From Anaerolineae bacterium (lineage in GTDB: Bacteria > Chloroflexota > Anaerolineae > Aggregatilineales > UBA3940): a DNA stretch of 64,000 bases. Shown one piece after another: positions 28,184-37,799 of this stretch (the stretch's first letter is position 1; the number at the start of each line of letters is the position of its first letter). The position numbers and the translations under genes were made by a program. Under the pieces are notes generated by a model, which was not told the DNA's origin, did no database searches, and saw nothing but the letters and a program-made list of their open reading frames with translations. Location of the stretch: NCBI GenBank assembly GCA_034434995.1, contig DAOTYF010000017.1:20060-84059 (forward strand), read 5' to 3'.

Positions 28184-28825
28184 TTACAACCCTAACCTGG
28201 CTCTCACCATCCGCAACTCATAGATCGCTCGCTCGATCCGGCCCAGGTTGGCTGGATCGGAGTGCCAGCGCGAAGCGCCCGAAGGGTGCGGCAGCGGCAC
28301 GATGATTCGTCCCTCCGCGTCGATGGTCGAGGTCCCGATCACCTCATCCAATCGAACATCGGGCGGATAGAATAGCCGGATTGCCAGTGCTCCCACCGGC
28401 ACGACCACCTGTGGATTGACCAGCCGGAGTTCGGCAGCAAGCCAGGGGCGACACAGCGCGCGTTCGGCGGCGCTCGGCACGCGATCCCCATCCCCCTTGG
28501 GGTTCCGCCCAGGAAAGCACTTAGTCACCGCCGTCATATAGCAGGTGCGGCGGAATGTCCCCTCGTCCCAACCCGCGCGCGTCAGCCAGCGGAACAGTCG
28601 CCGTCCCGCCTCCCCGTTAAAGGGCCGTCGTGCCTGCGCCTCGGTGACGCCGGGGGCCTGCCCGATCAACATCAGCCGCGCGTCAGGCGGCCCGGAGAAA
28701 ACCGGCAGCGATTCGATCCGATGGCCCGCTTCGGCGCAGCGCTGGCAGACTGCCAGATCGCGGTGCAGCGATTCCAGGCCAGCATACTGAGCAGCGTCGA
28801 GAGGCGGCGTGGGTGTGTGGGGCAT
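28184..28825 (-). CDS. Uracil-DNA glycosylase family protein
   Basis: CxxC, IGQAPG, RPF, KCFPG, PLPHPS. Confidence 0.92.
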   Translation of the reverse strand: MPHTPTPPLDAAQYAGLESLHRDLAVCQRCAEAGHRIESLPVFSGPPDARLMLIGQAPGVTEAQARRPFNGEAGRRLFRWLTRAGWDEGTFRRTCYMTAVTKCFPGRNPKGDGDRVPSAAERALCRPWLAAELRLVNPQVVVPVGALAIRLFYPPDVRLDEVIGTSTIDAEGRIIVPLPHPSGASRWHSDPANLGRIERAIYELRMVRARLGL

Positions 28826-28946
28826 GGCTTCAGTGTACCGACCCCTCGGCCCCCGGTCAACCCCCCGATATACCCTTCCCAGTCAGCGCTGCCGCACAGC
28901 CTCCATCCGGCAACCCAGGCCGCCCATCGGGGGGCGACAGGCCGAG

Positions 28947-29324
28947 TTAGTTGTCGGTGAACGTCCACGTCACAGTCTGCCCGGCATTCACCCGGACGCC
29001 TGGTGCTGTGTCAATCTCGCGGTTGCTGCAATCGTCCGCCCGCAGATCGTACAGACCCGGTGGGATATTCTGAATGGTGAACGACGATCCTGCAGGGATG
29101 GTGTTCTCCGCACCAAGCTGATCCAGCCCCCACTCGCTGCTAGTAGTCGGTGAGATGTACACATAGCAGATTTCGACGCTGCTGTGATTGATCACCTCCA
29201 CCGCACCGCTGTTGCCGCTGGCCCCACCGCTGCTATTGGTTCCCAGACAGGCCAGCAATGCAAGCGCCAGCAGCAGGGCGGCACCCGCGATGGGGGCACA
29301 CCGCACAAACCAAGAGCGCCTCAT
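28947..29324 (-). CDS. Small secreted lipoprotein
   Basis: Lipobox LLAC. Beta-rich domain (EICYVYISP...EWGLDQLG...YDLRADDC). Confidence 0.75.
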   Translation of the reverse strand: MRRSWFVRCAPIAGAALLLALALLACLGTNSSGGASGNSGAVEVINHSSVEICYVYISPTTSSEWGLDQLGAENTIPAGSSFTIQNIPPGLYDLRADDCSNREIDTAPGVRVNAGQTVTWTFTDN

Positions 29325-29464
29325 GAAACGTTCTCCTTTCGGCCAAGAGAATATGCTGGCAACAGGTTGCCCTATCAGGCGCTCGATTTGCGCGCCCGGC
29401 CCCAGTATAGTTGAATCAATCGCCGTGACAATCAGTCTGAGTGTTCGGTCGAAAAGAGGAAACG

Positions 29465-30595
29465 ATGCCTAACCCACTCCAGCAGCTCCACCAGTTCGGC
29501 CAAAGCCCCTGGTATGATAACATCTCCCGCGACGTGCTCGATAGCGGCCAGCTTCAGCGCCTGGTTGACCTGGGCATCCGGGGTCTGACCTCCAACCCCA
29601 GCATCTTCAACAAGGCCATCACAAGTGGTAGCGCCTACGATGCACAGCTTCGCTCGCTGATCGACGGGAGCCGCACACCGCAGGAAATCTACGAGGCGCT
29701 AGCCGTCGAGGATATCCGCCGCGCCTGCGACATTCTGCGCCCGATCCACGAAGCCAGCGACGGTGTGGATGGCTTCGTCAGCCTGGAAGTCTCGCCCCTG
29801 CTGGCCTCGGATACCGCCTCCACAATCCAAGAGGCCAGGAGGCTACGGGCGCTGGTCGACCGGCCCAACCTGCTGATCAAAATCCCCGCTACCCCGGAAG
29901 GCATCCCCGCCATTGAAGAATCGCTCGCCGAAGGGTTGAGCATCAACGTCACCCTGATCTTCAGCCGCAAGGTATACGCGCAGGTGATGGAAGCCTACCT
30001 GCGCGCCCTCGAACGTAGAGTCGAGGCCGGGCAGGATATTCGCGGGGTGGCCTCGGTGGCGTCGTTCTTCGTCAGCCGCGTGGATACGCTGGTAGACAGC
30101 CTGCTCGCAGCCCGGCTCTCTACCGCGCCACCCGCCGAAGCAGATCGCCTGCGCGGCCTGATGGGCAGAGCCGCGATTGCCAACGCGCGGCTGGCCTACC
30201 AGGACTTCAAGCGGATGTTCAGCTCAGACCGCTTCAGACGGTTGGAAGCTCACGGCGGGCGCGTCCAGCGACCCTTGTGGGCCAGCACCAGCACCAAGAA
30301 CCCTGCCTACCGTGACGTGCTGTACGTGGATACGCTGATCGGGCCGCACACGGTCAACACCATGCCAGGTGAAACCGTCGAGGCATTCCTCGATCATGGC
30401 ACGGTTGCCCTGACGGTTGAGCAGGGTCTTGACGAAGCGCAAGCCCTCCTCCAGGCCCTGGCGGCGCTAGACATCCACATGGATAGCGTCACACAGCGGT
30501 TGCTGGAGGACGGCGTTGCCAAGTTTGCGGAGCCGTTCGAAGCCCTGCTGGCTGCCATTGAGAGCAAAACCCGGCAGTTTGCCGCGGCTGATTGA
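29465..30595 (+). CDS. tal: Transaldolase (long type)
   Basis: GLTSNPSIF, VSLEVSP, NLLIKIPAT, NVTLIFS, WASTSTKNP. Confidence 0.97.
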   Translation: MPNPLQQLHQFGQSPWYDNISRDVLDSGQLQRLVDLGIRGLTSNPSIFNKAITSGSAYDAQLRSLIDGSRTPQEIYEALAVEDIRRACDILRPIHEASDGVDGFVSLEVSPLLASDTASTIQEARRLRALVDRPNLLIKIPATPEGIPAIEESLAEGLSINVTLIFSRKVYAQVMEAYLRALERRVEAGQDIRGVASVASFFVSRVDTLVDSLLAARLSTAPPAEADRLRGLMGRAAIANARLAYQDFKRMFSSDRFRRLEAHGGRVQRPLWASTSTKNPAYRDVLYVDTLIGPHTVNTMPGETVEAFLDHGTVALTVEQGLDEAQALLQALAALDIHMDSVTQRLLEDGVAKFAEPFEALLAAIESKTRQFAAAD

Positions 30596-30618
30596 GGCCC
30601 CTCAGTCCGTGCCCCACC

Positions 30619-30645
30619 AGGGGGCAGGATAAGCCCCTGCCCCCT
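30619..30645. terminator. GC-rich hairpin between convergent tal and cupin genes
   Basis: Perfect 10-bp stem AGGGGGCAGG/CCTGCCCCCT with a 7-nt loop. No U-tract. Confidence 0.55.
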
Positions 30646-30967
30646 ACCCTGTCGAGGGTAACGTCAGCAAGACAGCCTGAAGCTGGCTATCCTGCGTCCA
30701 GATGTGATGCATCAGGCCGCCGGGCAGCACCGCCACATCGCCGGGGCGCAGGTCAGCGATCTCCCCACCGGAGCGCAGACGGCCCTCACCTGCGATCACC
30801 ACCAGCATCACGTCTGCACCGACCTCCCGTTTGCCCGTATCACCCTTCCGCCCAAGCATCAAGACCATCGCTGTCAGCCGGTCGCCTCGACGGACGGGCA
30901 CATAGAATGCATTGTAGCCGCCTTCCAGCGGCACAGCCTGAGCGGGATCGTAGCGTATGAAGTCCAT
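30644..30967 (-). CDS. Cupin domain protein
   Basis: VIAGEG...LRPGDVAVLPGGLMHHI cupin motif 2. First metal motif is degenerate. Confidence 0.8.
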   Translation of the reverse strand: MDFIRYDPAQAVPLEGGYNAFYVPVRRGDRLTAMVLMLGRKGDTGKREVGADVMLVVIAGEGRLRSGGEIADLRPGDVAVLPGGLMHHIWTQDSQLQAVLLTLPSTG

Positions 30968-31071
30968 AGCATGGCCGCCCTATCATAAGCCGCCGAACCA
31001 AGCGGCAGCGCCGGGGCGCTTCACTCCTTTCTCTACCACTGTGGCTGACAGGGGAAGCCGCCCTCTGGCCG

Positions 31072-31407
31072 CTACCCGCTGATCCGTGGCCCCATCCCGA
31101 TAACCAGCCGCACGACAATTGCCAGCGCCAGCAGCGCCAGCAGCAGGATCAACGCCAGTCGATTGACCCGCCAACCGATGTTCGCCATCCTTACCACCTC
31201 TGGCTCGCCCGGCTGGGCCTGAAAATCTTTCCGCGCCGCCCAGGCCATAAATGCGCCCCCGCCGCTGGTGATCAGCGCCAGCCACACAATGGATCCGACG
31301 GCGGACCTCAGGTAGCCGCCAATCAGGCCGATCAGCAGGATGGCCGAGGATGCGATGCCCAGATAGTAGCTGAGCCGAGCAAACAATGCAGGATCAGGTC
31401 GTTGCAT
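31072..31407 (-). CDS. Small membrane protein (3 TM)
   Basis: ATG at 31407 with AGGAGAGG SD. Hydrophobic. Confidence 0.7.
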   Translation of the reverse strand: MQRPDPALFARLSYYLGIASSAILLIGLIGGYLRSAVGSIVWLALITSGGGAFMAWAARKDFQAQPGEPEVVRMANIGWRVNRLALILLLALLALAIVVRLVIGMGPRISG

Positions 31408-31493
31408 ACCTACCTCTCCTTCACAAGATAATCGAGGAACCTTTTCGAGACGGCGAAGCCCTGCATCGCCATCCCGCACTCGGCGCCGGGCGC

Positions 31494-32339
31494 TCATTGC
31501 TCAGCGCTGATCGCGCGCCATGCTGCCTGTAACAGCAGGGCGTCATCTTCCTGGGTGGGGCTTTCGCACACCACGCTGCCACGCACGTCGAAGTCATGAC
31601 ACGCCCGCAGGAACTCCCGCCAGGCCAGGTCGGACTCTTCCAACATCACGTGATTGCGCTCACCCCTAGCGGTGTACTCAATGCCGGAGATATGAACATG
31701 GAGGCTGTGCAGCCCTCGCTCGATGCCCAGCCCATCCCTCAGCAGGGTCAGCATCGCGGCGAACTCATCGTAGGAGTTGAAGGTTCCATTCCCCGTGCGG
31801 GCGTGCAGATGTGCCACATCGATGCACGGCGCGACCCCCTCAACTTCCCTGCTGAGCCGAATGGTCTCTTCCAGCGTGCCGAACATGGCGCTTTTGCCCA
31901 TCGTCTCCGGGCGCAGCGTGACATGGACTCCCTCGCCGCGCAGAATCTCGGTTAGCTCGATCAGCTTGTCTTTCGCCCGCTGGTAAACCTCTTCTGGCGG
32001 CTGCCCGTGATACGAGCCGGGATGGAAGACGATATCCGTTGCCCCGGCCAGAAAACCCTTGCGTGCCGCCGTCAGCAGGCGCTCATCGCTCTTGCCCATC
32101 AGGTCGGCGGTCTGGCTGTTGAGGTTGATGTAATACGGCGCGTGGACGCTCAGCCGCACGTCCTTCGCCTGTGCGGCGGCCTTCATCTGGGCACACGAGG
32201 CGTCGGTGACGCGCACGCTCTGCACCCAGGCGATCTCGAAGGCATCCAGCCCGATCTCGCGGATGTATTCAATCGCGCCCGTCGTGCCCGGTTTCGGCGT
32301 CTTCTGCGGCGCGCCGACGGTTCCAAAGCGCAGGCTCAA
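31494..32339 (-). CDS. nfo: Endonuclease IV-like TIM-barrel protein (archaeal-type Nfo)
   Basis: HAPYYINLNS, FHPG, ETMGK, DVAHLHAR, HVHISGIEY...ERNH zinc ligands. Confidence 0.85.
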   Translation of the reverse strand: MSLRFGTVGAPQKTPKPGTTGAIEYIREIGLDAFEIAWVQSVRVTDASCAQMKAAAQAKDVRLSVHAPYYINLNSQTADLMGKSDERLLTAARKGFLAGATDIVFHPGSYHGQPPEEVYQRAKDKLIELTEILRGEGVHVTLRPETMGKSAMFGTLEETIRLSREVEGVAPCIDVAHLHARTGNGTFNSYDEFAAMLTLLRDGLGIERGLHSLHVHISGIEYTARGERNHVMLEESDLAWREFLRACHDFDVRGSVVCESPTQEDDALLLQAAWRAISAEQ

Positions 32340-32396
32340 CCAATCCTCCCCTCAAGTTTTACCCGTCTATCACCAGGGCGTGGGCCAATCCGCGTT

Positions 32397-34940
32397 TCAC
32401 TCTGCATCCTCGAATGGGTATTCCAGCATCTCATCAATCCGGTCGCTCACGATGTCCAACTCGCGGCGGGTCGGCTCCGGGATTCTCTCCAGCAGGTGGC
32501 GGCGGATGATTTTGCCGACGAACGAGCGCGGCATCTCGTCCACAAACACCACCAGCCGGGGAACCATTTCCTGCGGCAGCCGCCGCGCCACGTAGTTGAT
32601 GATCGTCTGGCTGTCCATCGCCCGGCTGGCGGTGACGAACGCCACCGGGAAATCCTTCACCCCGACGACCGCCACCTCCTTGATCTCCGGCAACTCGTAG
32701 ATCACCTCCTCCACGTCGCGCGGGAAGACCGGTGTGCGCCGGCCATCCTCCCGACGCGCGTACCACATATCCTTCTTGCGGCTGATGATCTGGAAATAGC
32801 CCTCGGTGTCCATCCGGGCCACGTCTCCGGTGTACAACCAGCCATCGCGCAGGGCTGCCTCTGTTTCCCCTTCATCTCCCCAGTAGCCGTCCATGATCTG
32901 GGGGCCGCGCACCACCAGCTCGCCGATCTCGCCCGGCGGCAGTGGCTCGCCCGTCGCCAGGTGCACGATCATCGCCTCGGTGTTGGGAACCGGCACGCCA
33001 ATCGTCCCGACCTTGCGCTGCCCGCCCAGCGGGTTGGCGTGCGTCACCGGCCCGGCTTCTGTCAGCCCATACCCCTCGACCAGCCGCCCCTTAGTCAGCT
33101 TCTCGAACGTCTCCTGCACCTCGACAGGCAGCGGCGCCGCCCCGGAGATGCACGCTTTGATGCTGCGGATGTTGAAGCGACGCACACCGGGGAAGTTGTT
33201 GATCGCCACGTACATGGTCGGCACACCGGGGAACAGCGTAGGCTGGTGGCGCTTGATGGCCTTCAGCACCTCCCCCGTGACGAAGTTCGGTAGCACGATC
33301 ATCGCCGCGCCGAGGGCGATAGCGACATTCATGGCCGTCGTCATCCCGTACACATGGGCAAACGGAACCACGCACAGCATCCGTTCGCGGCCTTCCTTGA
33401 GATTGGGAACCCAGTGCCGGGTCTGGAAGGCGTTGGCGACCAGCGCCCGGTGGCTCAGGATCACCCCTTTGGGCCGGTCGGTCGTGCCACCGGTATACTG
33501 GATCAGGGCGGGGCTATCCGGCTCCGCATGAATATCCAGCGGGGTTGCATGGTAACCCCGCATCAGATCCACCCATCTCCGTTCACCCTCGCGCAGCCCC
33601 CCCTCGATCTGGTGGCCGCCCTGCTTCTCACGCAGCATGGTGAACAGCAGCTTCCGCAGCGGTGAGAGGTAGTCCTTGACGTTGGTGTAGATGACATGAT
33701 CAACCCCGCTCTCGGCCATGACGGCGCGGGCGGTCTCGGCGAAGCGCGTCAACGTGATCAGGATGTGCGCCCCGGAGTCGTTGGCCTCACGGATGATCTC
33801 CTCTACCGGCGCAACCGGGCTGGCGCTGACCACGATCCCTCCTGCCTTCAGCACCCCGTAGAAGGCGATCACAAACTGCGGCACGTTGGGCATCAGGATC
33901 ATGATCCGCGTGCCCGTATCCACACCCATCCCGCGCAGCGCGTTCGCCAGCCGGTTAGCTTGCCGCTCGACCTGCCGGTAAGTCAATACCGAGTTCATGA
34001 AGATCGTGGCCGGGCGGTTGGCAAACCGCCGCGCGGCGCTTTCCAACAGGGTCGGCAGGGGCCGCCGGGGAATGCCAATCGTAAATGGCACGCCTTCCTC
34101 ATATACCTTCAGCCAGGGCCGCTCGCGGATCAGCCGGGCACGCTGCTCGGCCTCCTGGTCGCCAGAACGCCACGAGGCGTGCCCCAGCCCCAAAAACCGG
34201 TCGATGGCACGTTCTACCGCATCATGCCGTTCCAGGATCACCATGTGCGAGGAGTGCCCGACGTTGACCTCCTCGGCGTTAGGGATCAGCCGCGCCACTT
34301 CATCGAAGCTGGAGCGGGGGAAGACGTTGTCGCGGTGACCCCGAATGACCAGCACGGGCATCGCCAGCCCGCGCAGCATCCCCCGTCCGTTGTAGCGGGT
34401 GACCGCATTCTGGTGGAACTTCTTGAGCACCGCTGGCGTTGAGGCGATATGTCGCCGGAAGAAGGGCCGGATCGCATTGAGCACCGGGATCGGCAACCGG
34501 AGCAGCGTCCGCTCCATCCAGCGCAGTCGATAGCGGTCAGTGGTGGAGGTGAGGATCAGCCTGCTGACTCGCTCCGGGTAACGATGGGCGAAGGTCGTCG
34601 CCAACGCTCCCCCGAACGAGTGCCCCATCAGCACGAATGGCTCTTCGACGCGCAGCGCAGCCAGGGCCTCCTCGATGTCCTGAAGCATCTCATCCACCGT
34701 GTAGGCGCTCAGCGGTTTATCCGAGCGCCCATGCCCGCGCAGATCGATGGCGATGCAGCGATGCGTATCGGATAGCGCCTTGAGCTGATATTTCCACTGC
34801 GTGGCATTCCCGCCGAAACCGTGCAGCATCACGACGGTGTTCAGCGGGCGCTCCGGGGCCACGTCAATGACGCTCAGCCGCACGGGTGGCCGGCGTGAAA
34901 CCACCACCTCCTGGCGATACAACTCGAAGTCCACGTCCAT
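32397..34940 (-). CDS. Fusion of N-terminal alpha/beta hydrolase and C-terminal long-chain acyl-CoA synthetase
   Basis: HGFGG, GHSFG, D and H triad in residues 1-250. YTGGTTDRPKG, GYGLTE, TGD and GKI adenylation motifs follow. Single continuous ORF. Confidence 0.93.
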   Translation of the reverse strand: MDVDFELYRQEVVVSRRPPVRLSVIDVAPERPLNTVVMLHGFGGNATQWKYQLKALSDTHRCIAIDLRGHGRSDKPLSAYTVDEMLQDIEEALAALRVEEPFVLMGHSFGGALATTFAHRYPERVSRLILTSTTDRYRLRWMERTLLRLPIPVLNAIRPFFRRHIASTPAVLKKFHQNAVTRYNGRGMLRGLAMPVLVIRGHRDNVFPRSSFDEVARLIPNAEEVNVGHSSHMVILERHDAVERAIDRFLGLGHASWRSGDQEAEQRARLIRERPWLKVYEEGVPFTIGIPRRPLPTLLESAARRFANRPATIFMNSVLTYRQVERQANRLANALRGMGVDTGTRIMILMPNVPQFVIAFYGVLKAGGIVVSASPVAPVEEIIREANDSGAHILITLTRFAETARAVMAESGVDHVIYTNVKDYLSPLRKLLFTMLREKQGGHQIEGGLREGERRWVDLMRGYHATPLDIHAEPDSPALIQYTGGTTDRPKGVILSHRALVANAFQTRHWVPNLKEGRERMLCVVPFAHVYGMTTAMNVAIALGAAMIVLPNFVTGEVLKAIKRHQPTLFPGVPTMYVAINNFPGVRRFNIRSIKACISGAAPLPVEVQETFEKLTKGRLVEGYGLTEAGPVTHANPLGGQRKVGTIGVPVPNTEAMIVHLATGEPLPPGEIGELVVRGPQIMDGYWGDEGETEAALRDGWLYTGDVARMDTEGYFQIISRKKDMWYARREDGRRTPVFPRDVEEVIYELPEIKEVAVVGVKDFPVAFVTASRAMDSQTIINYVARRLPQEMVPRLVVFVDEMPRSFVGKIIRRHLLERIPEPTRRELDIVSDRIDEMLEYPFEDAE

Positions 34941-35125
34941 CGGCGCTTTTCTCCGCTTCCCCCCTCATGATCGCCGCTATAGTATGGCCCAGAATCGCTG
35001 AGGCGCAATTCGCAGATAGCCTGGCCGAAACCAGAACGGCATCAGGGGTTGGCATTCCCCGGAGGGGGATCGGGCTGGCAGGCACGAATCCCCCAATCCG
35101 ATAATATAGACGATCATTCCCCTAA

Positions 35126-35154
35126 TTGACGCTACTCCCAGCATCGGCTATACT
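35126..35154 (+). promoter_or_regulatory. Sigma70-type promoter of rpsA
   Basis: TTGACG, 17 bp spacer, TATACT. Confidence 0.8.
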
Positions 35155-35399
35155 CAATGGCAAGAGAATGGGTAACCGCCGTTCGGCGTGTGAGGGATGC
35201 ATCGGCATAACTCTCGGTTCCAGTTGTAGCTGGCACATTGCTGTGTTCCCAGCAGAAGACACCACCTGTCACCTGTCACACGGCGCGCTGCGGACCCTCG
35301 CTGCGGCGGACTGCGCGCAAGCCACGCAGGAGGTCGTGAGCGTCCCAGAGATGAGTTGGGTTGGTACCAACAAGACAGCGGAAGGTGTTAGAAGCAGCA

Positions 35400-36680
35400 A
35401 TGGCAGCTCAGGGGAACAACGACGATACGCAAAACTTTGCTGAACTCCTGGAAGAGTCGCTCGATCTTCAGGCCCTCAAGCGCGGCGACATCCGCGAAGC
35501 TGAAATCCTGCAAATCCGCGAAAATGAGATCGTTGTCGATGTCGGCGTCAAGCGCGATGGCTTCGTCGCGCCGCAGGACATCGAACGCCTCGACCCCGAA
35601 TTCCTGAAGTCGCTCCACGTCGGGGACAAGGTCCCGGTGTATGTGCTCAATCCCCAGGATCGGGATGGCAACCTGCTGGTCTCTATCAACCTGGGCCTGG
35701 AAGGCCAGGACTGGCTGCACGCCCAGCAACTTCTGGAAAGCGGCGAACTGATCGAGGCCGAGATCACCGGCCACAACCGGGGCGGGCTGCTGGTGCGCTT
35801 TGGCCGCCTGGAAGGTTTCGTGCCTTCCTCCCATGCGGTCGATCTCCAGCAAGGGCTACGTGGCCCCGAACGCCGCGATGCGATGGACGGGCTGATCGGC
35901 AAGAAGATCGGTCTGAAGGTGGTGGAGGTGAACCAGGCCCGCCGTCGCCTGATCCTCTCCCAGCGCGAGGCTCAGCGCGAATGGCGCAGCCGCCAGAAGG
36001 AGCGCCTACTGGAAAGCCTGCAAGTGGGCGATGTGGTGACCGGCCATGTGACCGGCATCCGTGACTTCGGCGTATTTGTGGATATTGGCGGGGCCGATGG
36101 CCTGATCCACGTCTCCGAGCTGGCCTGGCATCGTGTGCCGCACCCCCGTGACGTGGTCGCTATCGGGGATGAGGTCAAGGTGGTGGTGCTGGAATTGGAT
36201 CGCCACCAGCAGCGCATCGCCCTGAGCCTGCGCCGCGCCCTGCCCGATCCCTGGCAGACGGTGTTCGAGACGTACCAGATCGGTCAGATCGTGGAGGGCA
36301 CGATCAGCAACGTGGTGGACTTCGGTGCGTTCGTGGTGCTACCGGACGGCATCGAGGGGCTGCTCCACATCACTGAGATGGCTGACGGCACGCTCACCGA
36401 GCCGCATTCTTACGTCAAGCGCGGCGATCAGGTCACAGTCAAGATCGTGCGGATCGAGCCGGATCGCCGCCGGATTGGCTTCACCCAGCTCGGGTTAGAC
36501 ATCACCCGGCCCACTGATCAGGTACGCCCCGAATTGAGGGACGCTGAGGGCGGAGAAGGGCCTTCTGAGCCATCCGCCGCAGACAGCCAGCCCCTCGACG
36601 AAGATGCCACCTCGCCACGCAGTGTGGAGACCAACGCTGCAGACAGCGCTGAAGGCGACGCTGAAGACAACGCCGCCTGA
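35400..36680 (+). CDS. rpsA: 30S ribosomal protein S1 (four S1 domains, acidic tail)
   Basis: Repeated S1 motifs: NRGGLLV...GFVPSS, DFGVFVDIGGADGLIHVSEL, DFGAFV...EGLLHITE. Confidence 0.93.
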   Translation: MAAQGNNDDTQNFAELLEESLDLQALKRGDIREAEILQIRENEIVVDVGVKRDGFVAPQDIERLDPEFLKSLHVGDKVPVYVLNPQDRDGNLLVSINLGLEGQDWLHAQQLLESGELIEAEITGHNRGGLLVRFGRLEGFVPSSHAVDLQQGLRGPERRDAMDGLIGKKIGLKVVEVNQARRRLILSQREAQREWRSRQKERLLESLQVGDVVTGHVTGIRDFGVFVDIGGADGLIHVSELAWHRVPHPRDVVAIGDEVKVVVLELDRHQQRIALSLRRALPDPWQTVFETYQIGQIVEGTISNVVDFGAFVVLPDGIEGLLHITEMADGTLTEPHSYVKRGDQVTVKIVRIEPDRRRIGFTQLGLDITRPTDQVRPELRDAEGGEGPSEPSAADSQPLDEDATSPRSVETNAADSAEGDAEDNAA

Positions 36681-36714
36681 ACCCCTATCGCCAACACCCA
36701 GCCCAAGCACGATC

Positions 36715-36981
36715 TCAATCCCGCCGCGGCGCGCTCTCCTCACCCCGCTCCAGACGGGCGATCATCCGTTGGACGGTTGCCCGGCTCCGGCGCAGCCCGC
36801 GGCGCGAACCGCCGGAGCCACTGGATGCCTCCTGATCGGGCAACCGACCGGCCTCGCCCAACTGGCTCAAGAACTCGCGTGCCACTCTGACTGCTTCCCG
36901 CAGCAACAGAAAGCCCATCCCCAGCGCCAGGATGGACAGGAGCGCCACTACCACCAGCAGGACAAAGTCATCCAGCAACAT
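36715..36981 (-). CDS. Small single-TM protein
   Basis: 88 aa with an N-terminal TM, 15 bp from the upstream PRT gene. Confidence 0.55.
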   Translation of the reverse strand: MLLDDFVLLVVVALLSILALGMGFLLLREAVRVAREFLSQLGEAGRLPDQEASSGSGGSRRGLRRSRATVQRMIARLERGEESAPRRD

Positions 36982-36996
36982 CGTCGAGATGCCCGC

Positions 36997-37518
36997 CTAA
37001 TTGACCCCCATCGGCCCGCCTGGGACGGTCTCGATCCCCCGATCCACCTCCCAGGGGTAGATGATCCGCGCATCCGTGATCGCGCCATAGTAGTCGGGCC
37101 GCGCCTCAGAGAACAGCGAGCGATAGGGGTTGAAGTGCAGCACACAGGTAGCGGGTCTGCCACCCGCCGCCTCGACCCGCCCGCGCACCGCCGTGATCGT
37201 CCGCCCACTGCCCCACACGTCGTCCACGATCAGCACACGCCGCTGATGCAGCAGCCTGTCGTCGGGGAACTGCAGAAACTCCGGCCACGCAGCCAGCGGC
37301 TGCGTCCCAATGCCGAGCGGGAAGCGCACCGAGGCCGTCATGACCCAGCGGATGTCCAGCGCCTCGCAGATCATCCCACCAGGGATGATGCCGCCGCGCG
37401 TGACGATCACCATCGAGTCAAATGGCCCTGCCTGCCGTAACTGTCCCAGCAGCACATCCATCAGCATATCCACGTCATCCCACGTCAGCAGCTCGTGACG
37501 GATCGGTTCTCTGGGCAT
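36997..37518 (-). CDS. Type I phosphoribosyltransferase (xanthine/hypoxanthine-guanine PRT-like)
   Basis: TRGG, PRPP motif VLIVDDVWGSGRT, C-terminal IIYPWE. Confidence 0.9.
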   Translation of the reverse strand: MPREPIRHELLTWDDVDMLMDVLLGQLRQAGPFDSMVIVTRGGIIPGGMICEALDIRWVMTASVRFPLGIGTQPLAAWPEFLQFPDDRLLHQRRVLIVDDVWGSGRTITAVRGRVEAAGGRPATCVLHFNPYRSLFSEARPDYYGAITDARIIYPWEVDRGIETVPGGPMGVN

Positions 37519-37636
37519 GGGAACTCCGGTCTACCTCCCCAGAGGGCACACCAAGCTCGTGCATGGCAGGCTTGTGGGTCTACCAAGGGGCTGCTTCCGA
37601 CAGGGCGGAATGCCGGTTGGATGAGCCTGCGCGTTC

Positions 37637-37666
37637 ATTATACGGGGCATCGTGGTTCACTGTCAA
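37637..37666 (-). promoter_or_regulatory. Consensus sigma70 promoter for the PRT gene
   Basis: TTGACA (37666-37661), 18 bp spacer, TATAAT (37642-37637). Confidence 0.8.
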
Positions 37667-37799
37667 AGACATCGAGATGACAACAGACCTTGCCACCCAT
37701 CTGCATATTGGACCGCATGGCACGCGATTCGGCCCTATGATACAATGACACAAGCAATGCCTGGAACGCCTTTTCAGTGGCTCGGATGAGGTCAATCAG

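Noticed and set aside
30644-30967. Cupin as the missing RmlC
   Set aside because: Too short (107 aa), lacks RmlC motifs, and lies 12 kb from the nearest rml gene.
35040-35100. tRNA-like segment (CACGAATCCCCC)
   Set aside because: No TTCGA T-loop, cloverleaf or anticodon arm. Just two GC hairpins.
37585-37612. GGAAGCAGCC on the minus strand matches part of the SRP RNA helix 8
   Set aside because: The partner CAGG strand and GNRA tetraloop are missing, and the element is short and sits in an mRNA leader. Not called as SRP RNA.
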